In this document: piece after piece, positions 14,540 through 34,900 of the stretch
Layout of the letters: every line of letters starts with the position of its first letter
Position numbering within the stretch: position 1 is the first letter of the stretch
Assembly: GCA_964276515.1 (NCBI GenBank)
Contig: OZ193909.1
Coordinates: forward strand, 930,001-994,000
Length of the DNA stretch: 64,000 bases
Direction of reading: 5' to 3'
Origin: Gordius albopunctatus
Taxonomy: Eukaryota
Notes under the pieces: model-generated
What the model saw: the letters and a program-made list of their open reading frames with translations, nothing else
What the model was told of the DNA's origin: nothing
Databases searched by the model: none
Made by a program: the position numbers and the translations under genes

Positions 14540-15110
14540 CCTCCAAGAGTGGTGGATCCTCCGGGGGTTACGAATGGCTCGAGGTCCTACCAAGCCAAAA
14601 CCTAGGGTTACACTTGTCGGGCGAGGAGCTTCAGCCTCGGCTGCGACATTGTGTCCCCATTCAACTATCCTCTACACTGTCAATTCAGCAAGGGGGGCGG
14701 CATCCCCGTCATGCCACAATAAATAAAATAATCGGACAATTTTTAAAGAAAGCCGGCTTCCCCAACTTAATGGAACCCACTGGCCTAAGCTCCACTGACG
14801 GTAAAAGACCCGACGCTGTAACGATCCCGTGGGCTCGTGGCCTAAACCTGTTGGGACTTCACTGAAGTGGATATATTTGCTCTAACGCCTCTCCCCACCT
14901 CATCTCTTCTACTGAGAGGAAGAAAGTGGACAAATACAAATACCTCAGCAATATTATTTTTTTAGCAGTAGTAGCCACGACCCTCGGTAATTCGAGTCCC
15001 GAGGGCAGCCAATTCCTCAGACAAATATCAAAATTTATAACCTCCATCACACACGATCCCAAAGAATTTTTCTACATCAAGCAGAAAATCACCAGATTTT
15101 TATTTATTTG
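14540..15110 (+). mobile_element. 3' fragment of an RLE-bearing (CRE-like) non-LTR retrotransposon
   Basis: RHATIN..EPTGL..DGKRPDAVTIPWARG motif of the restriction-like endonuclease domain; frameshifted; same class as 28757-29720. Confidence 0.65.
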
Positions 15111-15915
15111 CTCAGAGATGGCACTTGCCTAGTTTTTTTATGCAACGTGGTTTTAAAGTGAGGGATTCGAACGTACGAGCTATCGAAGCTAGCCACACAC
15201 AATCAACTGAGCAATGAGACTTACAAACAAGATTTGCCTATTACTTATATATAACTCGGTATTTTTATAAAGGATAATTCAAAGCATCATCTTGTTTGCT
15301 TTCAATAAACTTTGATTAAAATTAGGTACTTATTTAGAGTAATAACTTAAATTGATTATAAAAGCTCTCTAGGGTTTTCACAGGTGAAAATAATTTTTTT
15401 TATAAATATACAATTTTAAATTAATGATTTATGACGATTATAAGAGCTCTCTAGTGTTTCCACAGCCCAATAATATTCATTCAACTTGCCTATAAGGCCT
15501 TTAAAACAATTAAAATTTAAATGCCGCAAAAAATATTGAACATTCTTCTGTTTCGATTTTTTTTAAATAAAAACTGAGCATATTTTGGAAAAAAATGAAC
15601 ATTTAAAAAAACGGAACATTTTTTGGAAAAAAACATAATATTTTTTGAAAAATTACTGAACATTTTTTTACAAAAAAACTGAGCACTTTTTAATTAAAAT
15701 CTGAGCATAAAAGAACTGAGCATTATGGAATTTTTCACATTGCATTTAAATAACACCCGTACTCTAATGTACTCCCTTTTCCAAATAGTGGGACGAATTT
15801 TGAGAAGGGGAAGGAGTTCACATAAATGCGAATGAATAAATTTTGAGGCGAAACAAAAAAAATTAAAATAATGATGGCCACACTTTAGGCGCTCGGGAAA
15901 AAGGACTCAGTTTAG

Positions 15916-16116
15916 TAAAGTTGTTAAATTGCTAACTTTCTTCAACTCCAGCTACTATCTGCTTGAGTTTCTGCTCGGCCCTCGAGCATTTTTATATGCT
16001 ACTGTTTTTCCTAGGACCGGACAGCGGGCACATATTGTGCTAACGCGTATGTTAAGCAACTCAGTGTGCGTGCTCGCGTCTAGAGTTTGAAGAAAGTTAG
16101 CAATTTAACAACTCTA
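15916..16116. mobile_element. hAT-type MITE, TAGAGTTGTTAAATTGCT family
   Basis: ~30-bp TIR; TSD CAGTTTAG/CATTTTAG; near-identical copy at 54100-54302, diverged copy at 52455-52755. Confidence 0.85.
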
Positions 16117-17318
16117 CATTTTAGCATGGGACTATATATGTACTGACGTATTTGCCCCATCTAATCACAACAAAGATCCCTTGTCCTCAGCCGATGCTCT
16201 GAAAATTTCAAAATACTCAGAAATTAACAATGCTACTATAATATTTTGTCCCATTGCGACAACTACCCTAACAACCTTTGGCCTCCAAGTCTTACAACCT
16301 TTTGAAAAAGTAGGGAGACAAATCTCATTACTATCACATAATAATCGCGAATCATTTTTTATACGACATAAAATCGGCATAACTATCTGTAAATATAATT
16401 CATTAGCCCAGTATTTACGATTCTTAATTTTTTAATTTATTTACTTCACCTTCACAAAATACGTAATTCTCTCCATAAAAATAATAAATGATTAATACCT
16501 ATAGATGAAATTTTGAACTACAGGGATAAATTAATATTCTTCGATGTAAATTAAAAGTGCCTTGGGGGGGGGGCAAAAATGCTTAAGGAAGGGCAAATTT
16601 ATCATTTTTTGAAATTTTAGCCATAATTTTAATAAATTTTTGGATTAAGAGGGGGGCAGTCGTCTGCCCCTCCCCCTCTTGGCTATGCCCACGCGTGGCA
16701 ATATAGCCCCAAAAAGGTTAAAAAGGGTATTTTCTGTACCTTCAACCTCGTTTATCTAAAAAAACTGGAAGTCTTGGGAAAAAATTAAAATATATTATTG
16801 TTCAACGCAAAATTTTTTATCACAATCATTGGGTCTGGTTGCGGGATGGAACCACAAAGTGAATAACCCACTCTGCCCAAAAACGCTAAACCATATTTAG
16901 AATTGATTTATTCTAATTTTATCCACAAACTGACCTGCAAACTATTTTTAACCCAAATCCCTTCCTTTTAACTAACCAAATATTATATTTTAGATAGAAA
17001 ATAATGTTAAACGCAGCACTAATTTAAAAATAAATGATGCCTTTATTGTTTGATATCAATATGACAGAGATTAAAAGTCAATTTGTTTATCTTTCTATCC
17101 TCAACGCTACATAATTTGACCCTAATTGTATGCAATTTCGGGTCAGGTCTGGTTGTTTTACACACTGATGATTTGAATCCAAGCCTCGATTTACTTTTTG
17201 CTACTTTAACTATTAAAACGCTGTGAATCTTCCAAAGTTTACTCTTGTGATGAGGATATAGTAAAATAAATTATCCTTGAGTAATATATAAATATGTTAC
17301 TATCAAAAATGTTAACAA

Positions 17319-17391
17319 GGTTCTGTAGTGTAGTGGTTATCACGTTTGCTTTACACGCAAAAGGTCCTGAGTTCGATCCTCAGTAGAACCA
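17319..17391 (+). tRNA. tRNA-Val (anticodon TAC)
   Basis: Cloverleaf: GGTTCTG/TAGAACC acceptor stem, TTTGC-TTTACAC-GCAAA anticodon arm, GTTCGATCC T-loop; T6 Pol III terminator at 17394-17399. Confidence 0.95.
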
Positions 17392-17693
17392 ACTTTTTTA
17401 AAATTCTTATTTTGAATATCCACGCGACCTAACAGTATATTTTCTTACAAAATTACTCTTAATTTTCATGACTCTGCTTTATTTTTAGTCCATTTTAACG
17501 ATTTTTTATTTTAAATAAATTAATTTTTATATTTTTTTAGTCGTGTATGTAATTTTTTGTATACCATTTGATAAAGATATGATAAATATTTTTAAAAAAT
17601 AAATACAAATTAATTTTTGTAAAGAGGGCCCAATTTACGACGAATGGTAACCATGAATCAAATAAGAATAACTCTAATTAACATGCCATCTAG

Positions 17694-17909
17694 GTCACAA
17701 TTTAAATTAGAGACTAGTCTGACTAAATTATCCCTCTATCTCTTTAAGAATGTGACTCGAAAATAAAAACAGAAATTAGATTATTTTCACGTTTATGGTG
17801 GTTAAGGATAAAACGTTATTAAATATAAATAGTATGCTTTTATTTTTGAGCCACATTCTAAAAGAGATAGGGATAATTTAGTCAAACTAGTATCTAATTT
17901 AAAGTGTGT
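17694..17909. mobile_element. Fold-back MITE (long imperfect inverted repeat)
   Basis: ~75-bp arms (...ACTAAATTATCCCT..ATCTCTTT / AAAGAGATAGGGATAATTTAGT...) are reverse complements. Confidence 0.65.
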
Positions 17910-20760
17910 CTTAGATAGAGAGAGACCTGCAAGATCGATTTTTTAAGACCCGAACCCCCCCCCCCCCGAATTTTAGCATCTTTAAAAACAAGGTCCAGGC
18001 CCGTCCAGAAACATAATCAAACTTAATTTTGGTAACATTTTTTATTAAATAATAAAACGCACATAAATTATAAATCGATAATACAACTATTTTGATGCAA
18101 AAAACAAATGAATCAAAAATTTCGATTTGTTCTCCGCTCTTCATAAATGCGGCCGCTCACGAAAAACACCTCCGACTCGAGGCAAAAGCAAGTGTCGAAT
18201 AAATCTTACAAACAAAAGTGCTAAGGGCTGGAAATGAGCACTGTGGTCTTTCCACCCATACGATAATTCTAATTTTTTCTCGTTGATCTTTAACTTTGTG
18301 TTGGTGTCAAGTGGTGATCAAAACCTAGGTTGGGTTTTCCCGAGGTCAAACCCGAGGTGGGTTTTGGGTTAATGTTGGAAAAAGACCTTTAAGGTCTTTA
18401 AGATTCCCTAACCCAAAACTGGGGTGGAACCTCAAAAAGACCTTAAAAACCTTAATAATGTTGTTGCTTAATAAAAATATAAGGGGGGGGGATTTTATTC
18501 AATTTAATTTATTGAATTTTCTCAATCAATAAATACATTAATTAATTCTAAGTAAATTTTTAGAGTATTTATTATTTAATATATTGAAAATTATTACTAT
18601 CACTTAGTATCGTAGGTTGGGTAAAAAATGCTAACACGGATGGTATTTGGGGTTATAATTACCCCAAACTTTAAATAGCTATAACTTCCATATTTTATAA
18701 TATAAACTAGTCAAAATTTGCAAGAATAATATTTCAACTCTCATACGTTAATTATTATATTAATTTGGCTATTTGATCAATTGGTTTAAATTTCATTTGT
18801 TAATAAACACTTGTTTCCAAAAAATAGCAACAAAAGTTAAATACAACGCTCGCAACTAGTTGCAATTGCATTTTGTTAACATTTTACGCTAAAACAAGGG
18901 AAATAATATGTTAAATAGATGGTTAATATTCGTAGCTAGGGGTGGCAGAATCATTATTGCCTCCCTCTAATCCCGAAATTATGGCTAATCTTTCTATAGT
19001 ATCTTCGATCCTCCTCTTTTAATCATTATTAAATTATTCTCATAATTTAAATTAAGCTTCGTGTTCTGCTAAATTTATTCGCAAATTTTAATGTTAGAAC
19101 TTATTTTGAAAATATCAAATTGCCAAGTAAAACAACACATTTTAATATTGATTTTAAAAAGATTGCAAGATGATTGGTAGAAAATTATTAAAAATATTGG
19201 GTGGGCTTTATAGATATTGACTTTAAAAACCTGGAAAAATAGGTCACTGAAAAAAATTGTTTGTTATTATATTATTTTTTGCAATATTAGTATTATGAGT
19301 TTAATTTGAAATGAGGTCATGTTTGTATAAATATAATACCAAACGATTTTAGAAAGTAGTTTCAAAACATGGTTCCCTAAAATTATAAGAAAATATCATG
19401 ATATTCATATAGACAAAAAGTTTATTTAATTCTGTATTAAAGGATAATATTCAGCCTAATATCACTTATTAAAATATTTTGCAAAAATTTAATAAAATAA
19501 AACACTATCTAACTATATTAATCATCTCATTGACTTTTGTATTCATACTTGAATTTACGGGTAAAATTATTACTAGTAATTTATTAAGAAATCAAAATTA
19601 TATGTTTTTTTTGTTAATTTTATATTTAGAGTCGGTTAGTAACAAAACTAAACAATTCCAGGAACGACCATTGGAATATATCTATAATTATGGGCATAAG
19701 AATCTATCAACAACAAGTTAATTTTTTTAAATATTAGCAAAAGAAGATTTAGCAATAGAAGTAAGGAAAAATTCTTCAAATTTTAATAATTAATTTCGTT
19801 TTCGCAATAATGCCTTTTAGAGTTAGTTGAAAATCGACGACAAAAATATGAAACAGACGATACTGAACTAAAGGTAAATACTTTAAATTTATGCGCTATT
19901 AGTACTTTAATATATTCAAAACATTTTTATAGGAAGTCCTAGAATAATTCCCGGATGTAGAACTAAAATTTATTATATTTTTAAAATTAAATTTTGATAT
20001 TTAAATAGGAAATTATGGTATAAGAGGCAGAAAGTATTATTATACTGATTGAGATGGAAACATCACAGAGCACGATTAGCAACATGAAACTAATTTAAAA
20101 CAGAATTACAATTTATAGAAATTTAGCGTTGATCCTTAAATCTAACCGTAAATTGCATAGCAATTAAAAGAACCCATACTTCATCATAATCTATTGCTCA
20201 AATTGTAATATTTGTATTAACGAAATATACATCGTATTTTTATATTGTTTATGTTCGGTATTCCTAGTGCATACAATTTGTATATTTAACATAGGACCTA
20301 ATTTGAATAAACATTTAGTACAAATTACTAACTGTGTTCCACGCTATACAAATATCGTATTTTAATAGTTAATAATTTCAAAATTACTTATGTAATCCAT
20401 TTTAGTCCAATAAAAGGGCATCGTAACAAACATGTATATTGAATTAAAAAAAATATCAATCACATATTGAAAAAAATACAATATGAAGAATAAGAACGGG
20501 CAAATAAAATATTAAAAGCAGAAGAATCTAACAAACATATGTACTACTAAATTGTAATTAATCAAAAAACTGGCAGGCTGTTGTAGTTACTTTAGTTCAC
20601 ATACTCTAAAATATAAAAACTAGATTTATTGATTGCTTAATTACATTACAGAATTGTTTAAACTTATATCTTAATATTGATTGTTGATAATTAACAACAA
20701 TATGGTTTATTATCTTAATTAATATTCTCCTTTTCCGATCCATTACTACACACGTCTTTC

Positions 20761-21183
20761 ATGGGTGAATACGTGCAAGAAAATTTCGATATATATCAGC
20801 TGTTTTTATACCTTTACGACCACACCCTAACGCATGCCCATTATTTGGTAGCTATATTTTTGGCGGCAATCGCTATTTTGTTGGTAAACTTGATAAGGAA
20901 AGAGCGTAGACTCTCTCGTAACCGAATTCATATTGATTTATTGGAATTGAGGCTGACCGCCATACAAAATGCGCGGGAACGGATTTTGGCGCGAGAATTT
21001 GCGCGTGAAAATCACGAACTCGCTCACGTGCCCAACGAGCTGATTCACGATTTGGCCTATCCCGTACTCGGGGATAATCCCCAACCACGTGATCGTGGTA
21101 CGACCGGGCGGCGCAGGCCCAATTGCCCGCCCCGAAATAATCAAGAACGCCAAGCAACTACCAAAAGATCTAGCATATTGTGA
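20761..21183 (+). CDS. Orphan 140-aa single-pass membrane protein ORF
   Basis: ATG-initiated, intronless, more GC/CpG-rich than its flanks; hydrophobic YLVAIFLAAIAILLVNLI followed by basic RKERRLSRNR. No family recognised. Confidence 0.45.
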   Translation: MGEYVQENFDIYQLFLYLYDHTLTHAHYLVAIFLAAIAILLVNLIRKERRLSRNRIHIDLLELRLTAIQNARERILAREFARENHELAHVPNELIHDLAYPVLGDNPQPRDRGTTGRRRPNCPPRNNQERQATTKRSSIL

Positions 21184-22050
21184 AGCGTGAGAATTTCGAT
21201 TTAAAAATATTATATTGGTTCCAAAAGCTTTAAAGTCAATAAATGAAAGTTGGATATTCATACGTTTGTCAAATATTACTCTTGGTTTATTAAGCATTCA
21301 AAAGTTATATCGGCGTAGGCAAGGGATGGCAGAGAAGGGCGGCTGCCCATATAAACCCAAAAATCCTTCATAATTTAGTATAAGCTTAAATTTCAAAAAA
21401 TTATCATTTTGGTAATCCCTAAATCATTATAGCCTCCAAATGAAAAATTAGAAATACATGTCTGCAATTTTTAAATCTTTATGGTACATAGGAAATAGAT
21501 TTAAATTAGCGCGCAAGAGTATTTTTTGGTAGCAATCTGCCCATTTACGTATCTTGTTTAATAAAGACAATTATAATTTTAATCATAAAGTATTAAAAAG
21601 TGGATATATTTTCGGAACCTACTTATAAATTTTATTATTAAAATATACTATAAATATTACAAAATTGAATTTCTAAACTAAAATAGATTTTTCTAATTTT
21701 TAAAGGGGCCAATATACATACTCCTTTATTAACACTCTATAATAGAGAGACGAGAAGCTTCCCATTAAAATATTTATTGTTCGCCGTTTGTTAAATATAC
21801 AATAAAAATATGGATTAAATAATGAGCTGGCCGGGTTATAGAATAATATCTCGTATTCTCAATAATAATAAGGATTATTTTTGTTAAAATGAACTTGGTT
21901 CAACAGATAAAATTATATAAGTAAAATTGTTATAAATATATATATAAATCCATCCATAAATCATATAATAAGTTAGATAACAATAGTTGTGATATTAATA
22001 ATCGTGTCAAAATGATGATCATTAGTGGTCCTTTTTAAGATTTAGAAAAC

Positions 22051-28464
<6,414 letters not shown>

Positions 28465-28756
28465 TATTTAGAATATAAATTGACAAAAAATTCTAGAATG
28501 AAATACGCTACGTAAATTAATTTAGGTAAACGTTTGAAAACAAACAATTAGCAAATTGTGTTTACAATCACAATCAGCAGGTATTGGTAAACTTCGGGGT
28601 GGAGGAATATGTGGCGTCGACGGAACTAAAAAAGAAAATTTGAGTCATTGACATTTACATTATTTCTAGTATATAATTAAGCTCCTTTTGTTTTATAATA
28701 TTATAAATAAAACCGATGTCTGTAAAAATAAGAGCAGAGTTATATAGGTGTCATAG

Positions 28757-29720
28757 ATTTTTTTTTGTTAAAAAGTTTATTTTCACGAAACAAAGTTACA
28801 TAAATAAGCGAAATACAAAAATAAAGACATATTGGTTAAATACAAAGATCTATATCCTTATCTTCTAAAATGGGGCATGAGTCGGCAAAGGATTTAAAGT
28901 TGTATCGTGCAACAAGAATCCCTAATTGTTGCCTGAGTAAAAAGGACGCAGAAATTTTAGATTTCGGGGTGCGTTTTCCGATTTCTTTAAAAAACCCCAT
29001 TGCCTGTTTACCAAAGGAACCGGAGCACGAGGTAACGACAGGGATAAAAATATTGGATGCCAAAAGGGCAGAATACTTTGTAGTTTTACGCCTTTCTTCT
29101 GTAGCGATAGGGTCGTAATTAAAATGGGAAGGGGCAAAAAGGTCAATACAAGTAAAATCCCATTTGAGGGATAGGCCATTTTTCCAGGGGACTAGAGAAG
29201 AGCCGTCAGGGCGCATCCTACCTTCAAGAGAGGGATCTGATGGCTCAGGGATTGAGGGGATTTTTGCCTTTTTAAGGGCAACTTGAATTAATAAATTAGC
29301 TTTACTGTGCATAACGTATTTATATTTGTTTGCTAGGTAGTGTAGAGGGTGCCTAGCATATTCGTCTACAACGGTAAGGCAATTTTGACAGTTGAATTCT
29401 CTGCTGTAACTAATTCCCAACCTTAAAGCTATGGAATATGATAGCTCAAAGTCTTCAAGCAGCATTCCCAAAAGTTTGCTGGGATAGTCTTCAAGCCACT
29501 CGTGACCGGAACTGTCAAAAGCGAGGGACCTAAGGTTGTAATGCTGGCTATCATCGCTGCTCGATGAAAGGTAATCAACGGAGCGCGATACTAGTCCAGA
29601 ATCCCAATCCTTTTGTCTCGTACTTTTAGGTTGAATGGTCTCGGGTGTGACATTCAAATTCCAAAGCTACAAGGCTTGAGTTAGCAGGGAGTCGGAATCA
29701 TGTTTTATGAGATTAAAAAT
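28757..29720 (-). mobile_element. 5'-truncated RLE-bearing (CRE-like) non-LTR retrotransposon
   Basis: 273-aa ORF with a CxxC knuckle remnant and MRPDG..VPWKNG..WDFTCIDLFAPSH..RKTTKY endonuclease motifs; A-rich tail near 28757-28770 on the minus strand. Confidence 0.75.
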
Positions 29721-30638
29721 TAAGTTTTTGACCGACCTAAAATTGGTTGTATAGCTTTGTATGGTATCCTAAGTAGTAAAGAAATAATAAGGCAAATACA
29801 GCCTTTTTCAATAAAAAATTTACGCTAATTCTCTGTGAACAATTAATTCATAATTACTCTTGCTATATTTAACGATAAGTTAGGTCTGTAAATCCCTCCA
29901 ATTTATCTTAGGGTACAAAATTTTTATTAGCCTTCTAGATTTAGGTGGTACCATTAAAATTTAATTGATCGTATATATGCTCCCACCGGCTAGATATCTT
30001 AAAAAAGTACGGCCCCCCACATGACAAAAAAAATTCGAGCGGCCAGTACAGGGCTCTAGGTGTAGATGCATTTAATCTACAATTTATTTTCTGGTTTCAC
30101 CAAGATTAGTACAAAATATTCGGTTAATGCAATTTTAACTGTAAAATATTACCTGTCAGTCAATATATTATTAATTAACTTGTTTGTCGCATTTGGCTAA
30201 AAATATTTGCTAAGTTATTGTAAGTACAATAGATCGACAACTCCGTTTTGGGACTTGCTTTTTTATATAATAATTATTTCTAACACATTGTCCTATTATG
30301 ATAAATTATGCATAATTTGAAGCTCTTTTCTATTTTCATCGCTCAATTAACTTTTTCCCGATATTTTAAGTTTGATTTTTAAAAATATAATTAATGGGCA
30401 AAGAAAAAATTGTCATGTAGAGCTTAGATTACATGAAAGCAATTAAATTTTAATTAAACATTAATAAGCTCTATTTTTTATGCCCAAATCTCTTGAGATG
30501 TCCGCCCGGTCCAAAAAACATTGTTTTATTATACAATTTTGTTGTCTATTAGTTTTAACTTCATGGCTTAAGCACTACTTCATAATTTAATCTATTTTTA
30601 TTAATAATGAAAAATGGAATTAATTTCAGAAGCCCCGG

Positions 30639-31119
30639 TGTAGTATAACTAGACTAGCATTTTAGTTATAATATTGAATTTTTAAAATTGTGGGGTTTTA
30701 TAAATTTTTATATAATAAATATAGACAAATTATAAATTTTTATAAAGCTGGGATCATCTAACTTAGGGTGATTTCTTCCCCCTCCCCCCCTATAAAAATA
30801 AATAAATATTTGTAAAAACAGACAAATTATTATAAGTTATAAAGAGAAAAATACAAATTTTAGTATGCAAAAAATAAATAATGTGCTTTTTGGGTAGTTA
30901 AAGCTTAGTATAATGTTTTATTGCCTACTTAAGAACAATGTCTCAGTAGTGACACGATGAACTGTTAACACGAGATCTAAAATTCTCTCAAAAAATCTCA
31001 TCAATCACGCCTCTACCCAATCGCATTGGAGGGAGAGAGTGTGAACGAGCCATTAATCATCCCTTTACCCAATCAAAAGGGGTGCTTGGAGTTACCACGC
31101 TGGCTGCTCACACCCTACA
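30639..31119. repeat. Solo-LTR-like element (~480 bp)
   Basis: TGTAG...CTACA inverted termini; second copy at 1-255; AATAAA on the minus strand. Confidence 0.6.
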
Positions 31120-31940
31120 AACGTAACCATAGATACAGTTGTTTATTCCAGATAATGGTTACAGGAGATATTTTAAATCTAAAGAAGAGCTGTCTATATA
31201 AAATCTGATTTAACATTAGGATCGAGGACAAATTAATATCTGATATAAAGCAAGAACCTAGACTAATTGTCAAAAGAAATTAATATATATGAAGGTAATC
31301 ATCAGTCAGGCAAAAAAACATTAATGGAATTTGATCTCGGGCGAGGTGGGAAAAAATAAAAGCCAAGCAGCGGTCATTAGCTAGTCGTCTATTTGGCAAA
31401 GCAAAATAAATTCCTTTTACAGAAGCATAAGCCTACAGCCATTAAAAACCTGTATAAGTTTCTACAGCAATTATGCAAAAATTAGAAGTTGGACACGGCG
31501 AACATTGCATAGCATTTAAAATATTAATTCAAAGAGAAGAGTAAATGGGTCTTGTTATTATAATTAAAAATGCTCACAATTTTCTAAATTTCTAAAAATC
31601 ACGGGATGATTTATGAGGGGCCATTATGACCTTCCAAACACTAAAAGATGTTTAATTAAGCCAAACAATTTTTATTTCAGTACTCTAACAAATTACATAT
31701 ATAGTACAAAATTGTAGAAGATAACAGTTAAATCAATAATGATAAAGACGATAGATATACTATACAAGATATAACTAATGAAAATATCAAAGATATAAGA
31801 AATTGTATAAAAATGACCAAAAATGTCACAATACAAAATAATAAATTAAGGTGTAAATATGGATTGATTGCATTTAAGTGTTTAAATGATAAAATCACAT
31901 GTTATCCTTTCATAAAACCCAAAATTATGTAAACTAGTTT

Positions 31941-34900
31941 TCAGGTTGAAAGGGCATTAGAATTTTGCGATTCAATTGGAATCGTTTCAGCTGGACCCGA
32001 CCGACTCTTAAAGAGGGCAACAGCTGATGCTAAAACTAGGCCGAGGAGCAAAACGTAGAGACGTCCCCAATTATGTCCCGTCTCGTCTACTTTCGAGGGG
32101 CGAAGCAAGAGGCCGACCAATGGTCCTTCCAAGAATGTACCCAAAGATCCCAATCCGTTGATCAGCCCAACAACAGCTGACGGCGAAACAGGATGGCCGC
32201 TATGGGTATGTTGTCGTTTATTGTAATTACTCGCCAAGAAAAGTGGTACGCAACTACCAAGCATATTATCTAAACCACCCAAAAATGTTCCTAAAAAATA
32301 TTGTAAAAAATAAGCTATAATTTAAACTAACCTATTAATTTAATTTGTGACAAATTTAATTTAACTCTTCATTTTAAATTCAATAAAAACATATAAAATT
32401 AATTCTAAACTTTAATTTTCTCATCATTTTTGTTGTTGTTTTGAACCTTGGAAAAGAAGAGTGGCTGATACGGCGACCCAATGAACTCCGGGTTTACTAG
32501 TGGTGTACAAAAAGGTTACCATGGCAACGGCGTTAACGCAGACGAAATAAAAGATTCCGCACATTTGATTTTTTCGGTAATATCTAAAACACATTAAACG
32601 TTATTTTTGCTATCAAAATTATACTATTATTTTATCTCAAATGGTCTTTTTTTCAAATATAATTTTTTCCAAATTACAACGCACAAACTATATAATAAAA
32701 CGAAAGACTCTGAAATTGTTTTGGTAAAATCGAAAAATTAAATTATTTTCAACGATAAATCAATTAAATTTACATGAAATATAAGTAATATATTTTGAAG
32801 GCAAAAGATGATGTTTAACCTGTCCAAGAGATATCCCAGAAACACTGATCCAAGGACCCCCCCAATCTCAAAAAAGGCCGAAATATTACCTGCCTGGGCA
32901 CTTGTAAAAAGCGTCTATCATTTACATAAAATAAATATTAAATACTTTTTGCACATTTTACTCGAAATCCACCACAACACATAAACTAAATATATATTCA
33001 TCAAAATTCACTCATACCTGCTTTTCCAACATCAAAGGCAACCACATGTAGAGTATGTAGCGCACCATTTTGAGGCAGAACGTGGCAAAAGAGATCTCCA
33101 ATAAAACCCTACATCAAATCGAATGTATCCAGATGTCGCAAAAACAAAAGATAATCTAGCTATCAAATATCCAATCGACGACAAGTCATATTTCCATGGC
33201 CGTAGCCAAGAAGGGGCAGCATAAACAGAACAAAGATTTTTTGGTCTGATTTTCTTAGTCAGCCTCTAGGTTTGGTCGAAATTTGTAAAACAGACCAGAG
33301 TCGATGGAAGGTTACGAAATATGAGTTTTAACACTTTGCCGGTCAGGTTTACAAGGCTAAAACCAAATGGCTGCTATGTATCGAAAACAAAAGATTTAAA
33401 TAAAAGGTAGATTTACGGGATTTGAGTAATCAAAGTGTTGTGAAGGGTGTTTACACTTCTCTATTTCTCCTTCCCTTTCCCCCTACCCCTTTGTAGTTTA
33501 CACGGTCGTTGTCTCTCGATCTCTCGTTGTTAGCGAGCGTCAATAATATTATTTATTACGCGAGATATTATTTATCGTATATATATGTTTATCACGCGTT
33601 GTGTGAGCGATAAAAGAGGATTATTAAAAAGTTTGGTCTCCTTACCTTTCACATTTTTCATCATCCTAGTACGAGTAAGAAATCAGTTGGATAAACAGTA
33701 TTACACATTTATTAATGGTGATAGCTAATTTAATATTCTTTGTTTAATGAATAATGTAATATTTCTGATTTTTTTGATGCTTTTTGGATATTTTCTTCTT
33801 ACAATTAAATTTTTCAGGCTGTTTATTATAAGAATTTTATTATGCTATTTACTTGATTCAAATTAGTTTTAGATCACGCTGATATATATATTTTACTTCA
33901 AGTGGGTTAATAAATACATGCATATTTGGTATTTACGTAATTTTTTAATAATTTTATCTTTGAATTAGTTTAAATATAACTCACAATTTTGCTATTAGAT
34001 TTAGGGGTGCAATATATTATCTTTGAAAAGTTTTGTAACATTTACTAATTTTGCCATTAGTTTGAATTTTTTAATATTTCGGCTTCGATTTAATTTAGTG
34101 ATACGTACTATTTTGCTATTTGATTAAATTGTGCAATATTTTGGCCTCAAATCAATTTATATGTTACAATTTGTTCTTGTTGTATATTGATTTTGATGTA
34201 ATTTGATATTGGTAACATTATAAGTTTTGAACAATTAACCAAGTTGTAGTAAAGGTATCGTATAGCTTGCATTAATTAATTTGCAGAGTAATATTTATAT
34301 ATTTGCCATAGTTTTTTTTATTTCGCTCAGGGTTTAATTTTTATTGTGGGCATTAATTGCAGGCGATTAAAGTAAGCATTTAACTTTTTTACTAGCGTTA
34401 ATTTGTTAAGCTGTGTAGCAGATATGTTATCATTTTTTAAAACGACACAGAGGGTGGACTTATATGTGGATATTATTAGAGCGAACTGGTTAGTCCTGGT
34501 TTTATTAATCGTTTTAATAGCTGCTTTGTGGAAGATGTGGTGTTTAAGCATTAGGGTAAATGTAGTAAAACAAGCGATAAAATGCTTTCACTGTGGGGGA
34601 CCACATATGGTTAGATATTGTAATAAGAAAGCAGGAAGGATGTTCAAAGGCAGAATTAGGCAAAGTTTTAATAACAGGGATAATGGCAGAGATGGGAATT
34701 ATTCTAGACCACTGCCAGATGGTTATAGGGATAAATTTAATAGTGCTAATTTTGATGACAGGAATTATTCGGGTAATAATGTTTCGCATCCCTCTCAGAA
34801 TGCTTTTTGTAATGGCAATATGAACAGGGATAGTGAGAGGGGAAATAATTTTAATAAGGGTGTTTCAACTTCGTGCGGGTGTAGCCTGCCTTCCGCGGTG

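Noticed and set aside
15535..15725. Irregular ACTGAGCA/ACTGAACA repeats as a novel array
   Set aside because: Consistent with ordinary subterminal repeats of a decayed DNA transposon; boundaries not definable.
33747..33866. 39-aa hydrophobic uORF in the Gypsy leader
   Set aside because: Hydrophobic ORFs arise readily by chance in T-rich DNA; no support without comparing copies.
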